This document shows, piece by piece, positions 1-10,300 of a stretch of DNA of 64,000 nt; position 1 is the first letter of the stretch, and each line of letters begins with the position of its first letter. The DNA comes from Antedon mediterranea (Eukaryota; Animalia; Echinodermata): positions 6,053,888 through 6,117,887 of the forward strand of contig NC_092676.1 of NCBI RefSeq assembly GCF_964355755.1, in the 5' to 3' direction. Under the pieces are notes generated by a model that made no database searches, was not told where the DNA came from, and was given only the letters and a program-made list of their open reading frames with translations. Made by a program: the position numbers and the translations under genes.

Positions 1-180
1 GGGGTATGTATAGCTCTGTCTACACTCTGTCAACCTTTAAGTGACGTGCTCATATATGGACATGATGATGTCATATTATCACTAACATATTTTGACATAT
101 CACAGATGCAGAAAACACTTTTCCTTTGTCCTAAACCTAACACTATATTTGTTGAATTCTTCTTGAGCAAGTTTGTATTC

Positions 181-332
181 AGCTCTATCTACACTATCAA
201 ACTTTATGTGACAAATAAATGTTATGTGTCCATGGATATGATATGATGTCATATCACTACCATATTTAAACATCACTACCATATTTGGGCACATCACACT
301 TTGTCAAACTACAGTAGTTTGATAGTGTAGGC
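181..332. mobile_element. MITE family A (TIR AGCTCTGTCTACACTATCAAACT), CArG-box-containing
   Basis: Family recurs about 12 times in the window; partial copies also at 12-102 and 586-600. Confidence 0.7.
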
Positions 333-825
333 ATGAGTTTGAGACTTTATTTACATTTGCATTCATTGCCTCATCTGGTCCCGGTCCGGCGAATCAAACA
401 ACAATGTTTTTCGTTTTTGATGACGCTCAACACGGCTATGCGCCAATCGATATGCGAGTAGCCGCGTGAAACATTGACGGTTGATTGGATTTTCCAGCGC
501 CAGACTGGAACCGTGCCGGAACAGGTGTGAAAGACCCTTTAGAAGAGATGTTAAGCCGTCAATCTGGTGTTTGTAGAGGATATAAAGCTCTGTCTACACT
601 AAAAACTTGCTCAAGAAGAATTCAACAAATAGAGTGTTAGGTTTAGGACAAAGGAAAAGTGTTTTCTGCATTAGGAATTAATACTATTGTGAGGGTGAAT
701 TTTGCAATAAAAGAAGTTGCCCTATGAGTTGATAAAGGCAGTATTATAGTATTATTTATATTGTTGGAATACGTTTTGTTTATTATTATATAAAAAGTAA
801 TAATTTTTGTTCTTTTACTTTTCAG

Positions 826-853
826 GTTTTTGAAGAAGTTGGAGATTAAATAG
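826..853 (+). CDS. Probable terminal coding exon of an unidentified upstream gene (VFEEVGD* or FLKKLEIK*, depending on phase)
   Basis: Strong polypyrimidine/acceptor (ttcttttacttttcag|G at 825/826), stops at 847-849 or 851-853, then AT-rich 3'UTR-like sequence with AATAAA near 1241. Confidence 0.4.
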
Positions 854-1509
854 AAGATGTACCTTATGATTTATATTTTTTACTGCACATAATTATTTTA
901 TTTGTGTTTAACACATGTGTTTATAGTTATTTTGCCATGATTATGTTTCTTAAAATCATTTTTGATTGGTACTATAGAAAAGATATATTTTATTAAACAC
1001 ACTCTACTCTCCTATTTTTCACTGGTCTATATAAGGATAGAAAATTATTTAAATGATATAGTTTCGAAAGATAAAAAATTATAAAGAAATCTATAATGAC
1101 TAAATGGGGTTATTGTAAACGTTTTTTTTTTAATTTGTAAGCAATTTTGATAGATCTGTTTATACAAACACACCTACTACTAACAGATATTTCACATTGT
1201 AAACATTTGTAATAAGAACAAAATTATTCAATGACTGCAAAAATAAAAATCATTCATAACATTTTTTTTTTCTTCAATATTTTGTACTTAGTTTGTCGTC
1301 CTCGTTTACCGCGATTACGTTGACCGTTGTCCTCATTACCATCGTCACTATTACCGTCTTCACCAATACCGTCCTTCATATCGCTGTCGGCTTCACAATT
1401 CCGTTGTCCGTATCGCCGTCGTATTTATTATTTTCGTTCTTATTTCCATCTTCGCTACTACAGTCATAACATTTACCGCCGTCGTCATCGTTACAACGTG
1501 TCCTCCATA

Positions 1510-2760
1510 TTGTCGTCGTCTCCAATACCGCCTTTCTAATTACCGTTGTCTTTTTTAGCGTTCCATATTGTCCTCTCCCCTATTACCGTCGTCCTTAATA
1601 CCGTCTTTCTAATTACCGTTGTCTTTTTTAACGTTCCATATTGTCATCGTCCCTATTACCGTCTTTCTAATTACCGTTGTCTTTTTTAACGTTCCATATT
1701 GTCATCGTCCCTATTACCGTCTTTCTAAATACCGTCGTCTTCTTTAACGTTCCATATTGTCATCGTCCCTATTACCGTCGTCCTCAATACTGCCTTTCTA
1801 ATTACCGTCGTCTTCTTTAACGTTCCATATTGTCCTCGTCCCTATAACCGTCGTCCTCAATACCGCCTTTCTAATTACCGTTGTCGTCTTTAACATTCCA
1901 TATTGTCATCGTCCCTATTACCGTTGTCCTCAATACTGCCTTTCTAATTACTGTCGTCTTTTTTAACGTTCCATATTGTCCTCGTCCCAATTACCGTCGT
2001 CCTCAATACCGCCTTTCTAATTACCGTCGTCTTCTTTAACGTTCTATATTGTCCGCGTCCCTATTACCGTCGTCCTCAATACCCCCCTTCTTACCGTTGT
2101 CTTCTTTAACGTTCCATATTGTCATCGTCCCAATTACCGTCGTCCTCAATACCGCCTTTCTAATTACCGTCGTCTTTTTTAACGTTCCATATTGTCATCG
2201 TCCCTACTGTATTACCGTCGTCCTCAATACCGTCTTTCTAATTACCGTCGTCTTCTTTAACGTTCCATATTGTCCTCGTCCCTGTTACCGTCGTCCTCAA
2301 TACCCACCCCCCCCCCCCTTCTTACCGTTGTCTTCTTTAACGTTCCATATTGTCATCGTCCCTATTACCGTCGTCCTCAATACCGTCTTTCTAATTACCG
2401 TCGTCTTCTTTAACGTTCCATATTGTCCTCGTCCCTATTACCGTCGTCCTCAATACCGTCTTTCTAATTACCGTCGTCTTCTTTAACGTTCCATATTGTC
2501 CTCGTCCCTATTACCGTCGTCCTCAATACCCCCCCCCCCCCCCCCCACCTTCTTACCGTTGTCTTCTTTAACGTTCCATATTGTCCTCGTCCCTATTACC
2601 GTCGTCCTCAATACTGCCTTTCTAATTACCGTCGTCTTCTTTAACGTTCCATATTGTCCTCGTCCCTATTACCGTCGTCCTCAATACTGCCTTTTAATTA
2701 CCGTTGTCTTTTTTAACGTTCCATATATTGTCCTCGTCCCTATTACCGTCTTCAATATCA
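1510..2760. repeat. ~73-bp minisatellite (~17 units) with poly-C variants
   Basis: Unit ATTACCGTCGTCCTCAATACCGTCTTTCTAATTACCGTCGTCTTCTTTAACGTTCCATATTGTCCTCGTCCCT. Confidence 0.9.
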
Positions 2761-2982
2761 TTTCTTATTACATTCAATTGAGTAAAAAAACAAGCGTACC
2801 GCACTCTCGAAATGCTAAAGATTTATGGTATATAATACCTTTTCTACGGATGCGTTAACTGTTTATCCCTGATCAGGATCAATTATTTTTACAAAATCAC
2901 ATTCGATTAAGTCAATCAATAAATGTTTTTATTGTTTAATTACTTTAATTTTGTTGTCACGATTCATAATTATACTACAATG

Positions 2983-5554
2983 TCATGTTGTGTTATGTGA
3001 CTTGACGCAAGACTCGTACGTTGGTACCATGTACTTTATACCCAAGAAAGCGTCTTTTCCTCCTTGGCGTTCCATAGTTTCCAAAGTTTCTTGCACCAGA
3101 TCACCAATGTTCTGTCGTTTTTGTTGACTGTAGTCGATAGCATCTCCAGAGTTACCTTTTTTAAAGGGGAATTGAATTATAATCATTAAGCTTTGTCCAC
3201 ACTATCAAACTGGTTTGATAAAAAAAAAAAGTTTAACAATGGAGATGATAATGTCATATCACTACCATATTTGGGCATATCACTACCATATTTAGCAAAC
3301 TAGTTTGATAGTGTAGACAGGGCTTTAGTTATTAATTTCTAAAGTTCTAAAGCTGGCCTGATTGACTACAGTAGAATAGAAGCGTCTAGACATAATTATA
3401 TATACAACAACAAATTAAATACAATAAAACACCTCAACGATTTGTGATATTTTTCATTGGTCCACATGACGAAATTAATTGAGAGGCGGGTAAAGACGAT
3501 CCCCAGATTGAATATCCAGGCAGTAAGCTTTTAACTTAAGCGTGGTTCCCACTACCGACGCAACACAAGGACGTAACGCAACGCAAGTGAATTGACCAAT
3601 CACAAGCGATGGCTTATTCGCTTGTGATTGCTAACTGTCTATAACTTAGCTTGTCATTGGTTTAAAACGCTTGCGTTGCGTTTACGTCCTTGCGTTACGT
3701 TCTAGTGGGAACCAAGCTTTAAAAACGAGAAAGGGAATTATAGATTATATAGATTTTGTACGTATTCCTATACGTATATACTTACAGTTCATTGCCTTGA
3801 ATATGTTGAGCACTGGTAGTATGTTCCTATAGTATGGCACTAATGCTTCTCCGATAAGTTCCTCCGATTTTACTAACTGTTGCAGTATCTTCAGAGTTCG
3901 ACAAACAATCGTTTTATTTCTAGTATTTAGTGCATCTGAAAAAAATGTTTATTATGGTCCGAAGCTAGCTGTTATCTTAGTAGGCTTATACTGCTGTCAT
4001 GCATTTTTTTAAAATACATTTGGTCGATAAAACTTTGCATTCTCGCTTTTTTAAAATCTATATAAACTATCTAAAGAAGATATCTAGCAGGGTAACATTT
4101 AATACATTGTAATTTCAACAAATAGTAACACTCCTCTTTGGGACATCACTTTTCAGGGACACTCCTATATAAGGGGCCAAATTCCCATGGAGAGAACGAA
4201 CACAATATTTTTACCATAACAGCCAATCCCTATTATTCACGGCTTGGTTCCCACAAGGTAGCAACGCAATGACGTTATGCGCAATGCAAGTTATTAGACC
4301 AATCAATAGCGATAGATTGCTAGAGCTGTCGCTTGCCATTAGTTAGCCAATCGCTTGTGTTATGTTGTGTTGCGCTTACGTCTTTTTGTGTTGTGTCCTT
4401 GTGGTGGGAATTGAACTAAACTTCAGCCTGAACTTCAGTGATAAACCTTTATTAAAAGGAGACTAGATAGCCGCTGCAAAAGATCATCCCGAACGTGTAC
4501 GTCCCCTTATTGTGGGTTCTTTTATTGACTTACTTTGTATTGGTACAATAAGCTGTGGAATGACCGGAAGTACTTTATTATTGTTATGTTCTAGTAGGTC
4601 ACTGATACCCTTGCGTGCAAAGAAGTCGTATGGGTGTTCTGTTTCACACAAGCCATCGAATAATAGCGGTAGATAATGATGGAAGTCTAGTCGCTCTATT
4701 TCAATCTAAAAATCAGGTTTACTATAATCTTATGCCTTGTCTACACAACTTTATGTCAAAAATGTGATATGCCCATATATGGATGATGATTTCATCATAC
4801 ACTACCATTTTTGGTCATGTGCACATCACACTTTTGTTGTACGTCAAATTAGTTAGATAGTGTGGACAGAGCTTTATTGAAACATATTTCAAGTTGTAAG
4901 TGGACATTTCATATTTGTATACGGTATAGGCTATTATTACAAAGCTACTAAACAATAATACGAAATTATAATTCTAGACAAACAGGTGTAAGGTACAATC
5001 CGGATGAAGGGGATGGGGAGCGAGCTCGATGTGTGACGTGCAGGTGAGATAGTCAACAATTCAATAAGAAACATTACATAAAGTGGTAAAGCAGAATATG
5101 TGATCTTTATCTTTTAGGCCTAGCCTAGGCCTAAACCTAGTCCTCTAACCCAAATCGCGTTAATAATTAAGTTCGACCATAGAGAATACAATTTTTAAGG
5201 CTAGTTTCTAGCAAAAAAAAAATTGATAGTCTCGGCCGGACACCCGAACCTTTAGGCTAGGCCTAGAAAGAAAAGTTCAGATCTTACGTTCCACGCGATT
5301 TTGTTCCCTTTGGAATCATGAGTCAAAGTGATCGGAAAGTCTCCACGATTGTAAAATTTCCGAAACAAATTGGATGATTTAGCTTCTCTTTCTTGAAACG
5401 CACCAGCCTGAGGTGGACCTCCACCGGTGATCTAATAGACAAGAAAATCATAATTATAATAATTAATGCTTCCTGCCACCAAAGCCAAGAAATTAGGCCT
5501 ATAGGGCCTACACGTGAACCCTGTCACCTGACGTTGTGTTGCTATCATAATCAT
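2983..5554 (-). CDS. PACRG: Parkin co-regulated gene protein (axonemal inner-junction protein), 5 coding exons, 221 aa
   Basis: Exons 5554-5528, 5431-5288, 4705-4534, 3935-3786, 3155-2983 join in frame (666 nt) through GT-AG introns. Translation contains [62 protein letters not shown] and [30 protein letters not shown], all recognisable PACRG blocks. Minus-strand AATAAA at 2933-2928. The 9-codon first exon is the least certain part. Confidence 0.93.
3189..3324. mobile_element. MITE family A
   Basis: Both TIRs present, TTA on both flanks (PIF/Harbinger-like target). Confidence 0.8.
3539..3718. mobile_element. MITE family B (~180 bp palindromic, TIR AGCTTGGTTCCCACTAG)
   Basis: Near-palindromic, TTA flanks; nearly identical copies at 36043, 36270 and 37546. 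Confidence 0.85.
4241..4410. mobile_element. MITE family B, degenerate
   Basis: GGCTTGGTTCCCAC..GTGGGAA ends, internal GACCAATCA. Confidence 0.6.
4735..4873. mobile_element. MITE family A
   Basis: Degenerate TIRs, internal CCATATATGG. Confidence 0.7.
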
Positions 5555-5559
5555 AATGA

Positions 5560-6150
5560 ACAATTTGAATTAAGCCGTCTGGTCCTATAAATGATTGTGC
5601 GGGTGCATTTTTCACACTGACAATGAAATACAAACAGCCTGGTGGTGGCAAAATGATCAGCCAACCACAATATTTAATCTATAAGTACGTTAGCATATTT
5701 AAGAGGGGTCCTATGCCTACCTGTTTAACTCCAAACATCGAGACAATTATTAATTTGCGTAATTTTAAGTGCGTAAATTTTCTTCGATAAATATTCGAAC
5801 CATATCCAACTAGCTCTATGTCGCGGAACACTTTTCGATTGGTGGAATGTTTCGAACGCGCACAATTTCTTTCAATACTGCCCTCGCTAGATTCACTGGT
5901 TATGGGTGGAGTAAATAACAAATCCTTGATATGGTTGAGTGGATAATTGTCGACCTTGCTCGGGGTCAAAAGATACACATGAATAATTTAGGAAAGTTGT
6001 AAATGTGTCGGAAATAATATTTTTGCTTGATAGAAATGGCGAAAATTTGTGAATTTTGCAATATGAATACTTCATCCATGGCCGTATCTGTTATGCTCAT
6101 CAATTGTTTTGAAATTTCAGAATATTGTGCTTGTTTTTGCATCTGATTTG
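5560..6150. promoter_or_regulatory. Putative bidirectional promoter of PACRG/IBTK, including a non-coding IBTK first exon ending at 6150
   Basis: PACRG ATG at 5554 on the minus strand; plus-strand donor TTG|GTAAGT at 6150/6151 and acceptor TTTTTCAG| at 7106/7107 upstream of the IBTK ATG; locally raised CpG content. Confidence 0.55.
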
Positions 6151-6615
6151 GTAAGTTGCCAGACGACGATAACGATTGCTCTTGCACAACCACGCAAGCC
6201 CCGAGTATCGGACTGGGAATCGTACGTGGCCAATTCTTCAGTTCACAGATCAAACATGAAAGAAGTGCTAGCCTAGTGTAGTGTTACTGTTATTTATGCA
6301 GGTCTAAGGTCTACGTCTACTTTTTTCCACAATACATAGTAATAATATTGGCGCCATAATATTTTCATTCGTGCCATACATACTGTAAAAAGTAACAGTT
6401 CACCACCAGTTTATCTTTTAAATATAAAAATAAAAAGATGATCAGATTGAATTTAAGTTAAAAAAAAAACTAGCTAGTTAACTAGGCTAGTGTAGTGTAC
6501 TAGGTAGTTATAGTCTCTCTGAGTCTAGTAGGCCATAGTTAGACCAGACAATTAAAGAGAGAAATTAATTATCAATTAACTTCACTGGTAATTTCACTAC
6601 TGGAGCCACTCAATC

Positions 6616-6958
6616 GAGCGAGTGAGTGGCCGAGCGGTTAAGACAGTGGAACCGTAATTACGTAGCCATAACATCGGCAAGGGTTCGAGGCTCACTCGCT
6701 CCATGGTTCTGGTGGTAGAACAAGTCTTCTCGGATACGGACTATAAACCGTAGGTCCAGTGTACACATAGCTCATGTGCACTTTAAAGAACCTAGTACAT
6801 CTTTTGAGACGTGTAGGGGGTTACCCCGGTGTACTAGTCCACACAAACACAGCCACTGTCACACACAGCCACTGTGCAAATTGGTCTGGACTCACTCGCT
6901 TCACAAAGTGCTATAGTCTTCAAGTCTGAAGTTTGCACTAAATTGGAAGAAGAAGAAG
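6616..6958 (+). mobile_element. tRNA-derived SINE with Deu-domain-like core, near full length
   Basis: tRNA head (GAGCGAG..CTCGCTCCA acceptor stem, A-box TGGCCGAGCGG, B-box GGTTCGAGG). Core CGGAT..GACTATAAACCGTAGGTCC..CACTTTAAAGAACC..GTAGGGGGTTACCCCGGTGT resembles the Deu-SINE domain. (GAA)n tail. Confidence 0.75.
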
Positions 6959-7363
6959 GTTAAAATTAGTCTATGCATAGGTGCCTATTTTATGCCTAAT
7001 TCTATTTTTGCATTAATTTATACACTTTCTAATATGATATAGGATAACCAATAATGTTTACCTTAGTTAAACATTTTTGCATTTAATTTAATAATTTATT
7101 TTTCAGACTTCTGATTTGCAATTATGGATGCCTGAATATTAAAAAATGATAATGGCAGGCTGGGGCCTGTAAATACCCAGACTTGGTTCTGTAGAAAGCT
7201 GAGCCTAGAACTCAGGGAGTAACTCGGAAGAAAAGATGCACATAATTTTTTAGACATTAGCTGATGTGCCTTTAAAGAATCTTACACAAATTTGTGGGTG
7301 CCCTGTATTTTTTTATGACTGTTGGATTGACTATAACAAGGTTGAAGTAACCAAGACTATAAA

Positions 7364-10300
7364 ATGGAAGTATTTGGCAAGAAAGCAGGATGTTCAGCAT
7401 ATTGTCGTTGCACAGAGCACGCTGACGACATAATTGCTGTGATCACACGTGGTACAACTCACCAAATCAAAGTGTTCATTGAAGCATGTTGTTCAAATGG
7501 AGCACAAGTATCGGACGTATTTGGTCGTAATGCGTTGCATATGGCCGCATCATGCGGCAAAGTGGATGTTGTTGATTGGTTGATAACTGAGAAACACATA
7601 GAACTAAAGTCAAGAGATTTAGAATCAGGTTGGACCGCTCTACACCGTAGCCTGTTCTATGGGCAGATAAACAGTGCAGTTTTGTTAGCTCGTGTGAGTG
7701 TTCTTATGTGAAGATTCTCAAATATTAATATTACATTGCTGACAATAGTTCGCTCCATGGTTCTGGTGGTAGAACGAGTCTTCTCGGATGAGGACTATAA
7801 ACCATAGGTCCAGTGTATACATCTATCCCATGTGCACTTTAAAGAACCTAGTTCATCTTTCGAGACAACTAGGGGTTACCCCGGTGTACTAGTACACACA
7901 AAGGCACTGTCACTCATCAAGAGGGCCCCTTGATCAGCATATGCTGTTTAAGGTCATCCTCTATAAATAAAGTAAAAAAATAAATAAAACAAGTTTTAGA
8001 GAAACAATCAATGCATCGGCCCAGATCAGACATCAGAGTTTTTTCTGTATGATGACTAAGTCTACTGCCGGTTCGTCTACTGTACATACAGTTACTAAAT
8101 AGTGCAATGCTAGTATTATCCATTCATTATTTGTATATTAATTTATTTCATTTTTGATCACCAGCATGGCTCAAACTTGTACAAACAAGATATTGAAGGT
8201 CTAACACCACTAGATCTTGTGATGAAGGACCAACCTAGCTATGTTGAGTATAATGCCTCTGGGCCAACTGAGTGCTACACCTGGGGAGCTAATACAAACT
8301 TTACCCTGGGACATAGTAATCAGCACTCAAGGAAGCACCCAGAGGTGGTGGAGGAACTTGTTAAGAAGGGGCTTAGCATTAAACAGGTGAGAAGATACAA
8401 TGTGGATTTTCTTTCATTTATCATTTCAAACATTTATCCATCATTTGAGTATTTCTTCCATTTATGTGCCTCCATCCATTCTTTCATTCATTTATTCATT
8501 CATTCATGCATTGGTCAATGCATGTATTCATTCATCCTTCCATGCATTTATTCGCCTATCATCCATCCTTCAATTCATCCATCCTTCCATTCATCCTTTC
8601 ATACATACATTCATCCATCCTTCCAATCATCCATCCATGAATTTATCCTTCCTTGCATTTATCTATTCATCCTTGCATTCATCCTTCCTTGCATTCATCC
8701 ATCCTTCCATTCATCCTTCCATTCATCCTTCCTTGCATTCATCCATCCTTGCATTCATCCATCCTTGCATTTATTCTTTCTTGCATTCATCCTTCCTTTC
8801 ATCCATCCATCCATCCATCCTTCCATTCATCCATCCTTCCATTCATCCATCCATCCATTCATCCATCCATCCATCCTTTCATTCATTCATCCATCCATCC
8901 TTTCATTCATTTATCCATCCATCCTTTCATTCATTTATCTATCCATCTTTCATTAATCCATCCATGCATTTATTCACCTACCATTCATCCTTCCAAGCAT
9001 TTATTCATTCATCCTCCGATTACTGCCCAAGTGTAAATTACAGCACTTGGTCTGATTTACATAATTTATTTCAAGGTTGTTATGTGCAAGTTCCACACTA
9101 TTCTTTTAACACACTGTGGTAAAGTGTTTACGTGCGGACATGGCCAAGGTGGAAGGCTTGGACTCGGAGATGAAAATACCTATCTTGTACCTCATCAGAT
9201 TGAAGGCTTCGGTAACTTGAAATGCACTCAGATCGCAGCAGGCAGAGATCACATCGTTTTTCTCTGTGAAGGGTTAGTTTTCAGAAAATGGAATTAAAAA
9301 TGGTTTAACTTATTTTTTACCAATAAAACACATACCGAATACCAGACTTCCTGAAAAAGCAGATATATTAGGCCAGCTTAATCAAAGCTGTATTTCTATG
9401 TTGAAATTATTTTTATTCTCTATTAATAAGTGTAATACATAGTTGTGCGAGTGAGTGGCCAAGCAGTTAAGACAGTGGAACCGTAATTACTTAGCCATAA
9501 CATTGGCAAGTGTTTAAGGCTCACTTGCTCCATGGTTCTGGTAGTAGTCTCGGATAAGGACTAAAGGCTGTGGGTCCAGTGTACACATCTAGCTTATGTG
9601 CACTTTAAAGAACCTAGTACAACTTTCGAGACGAGTAGGGGGTTACACCGGTGTGGTGTACTTTTACATCACAGCCACTGATCATAACTGGGCCCAGTCT
9701 TTGACTGAAGAGGTTACACAGTATAAATAAATTTAAAAAAATTATTAGATAAAATAATTTTTTTAAATAATAATACACTGTTTTATTTTGTTTTTACCTA
9801 GTGGTATTGTCTATACTTGTGGACAGAATGACTATCATCAGTTAGGATTGTCACTTGGTATCACATGTCATGTTCCTAAGCCAATTTCACTAAAGAGTCT
9901 CAAAGGCAAGCTAGTAGTGGGCGTGGCTGCTGGCAGGTTTCATACTGTACTTTACACTAATGATGCTGTATATACATTTGGGCTCAATGCTGGTCAGTTA
10001 GGTAAGAAGAAGTGAATGCATACTCCAAGCTAAGAAATACACTCCATGTGGTAGAGGGGGCTATAATATGATATTGTATACTGTAGTAGTACTGTACTGT
10101 AGAAGTACATACCTTCTATGCAATGAAATACACTCCATGTGGTAGAGGGGGCTATAATATGATATTGTATACTGTAGTAGTACTGTACTGTAGAAGTACA
10201 TACCTTCTATACAATGAAATACACTCCATGTGGTAGAGGGGGCTATAGTAAAAAAGTATTATACAATACTTTTACAATACAATTACAAGCAATAAATACA

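Noticed and set aside
1327-2858. ORFs across the 73-bp repeat
   Set aside because: Unit length is not a multiple of 3 and frames cycle; repeat artefact.
5538-5551. RFX X-box at the PACRG start (GTTGCTATCATAAT)
   Set aside because: Only one good half-site and it overlaps coding sequence. A better match at 49809-49822 (GTTTCCATGGCAAT) is isolated and could be chance.
6616-6703. Functional tRNA gene
   Set aside because: Continues into a SINE body present in three copies; T and anticodon arms are irregular.
8387-9075. His/Pro/Ser/Ile-rich ORFs (240-259 aa)
   Set aside because: Translation of a tetranucleotide microsatellite within an IBTK intron.
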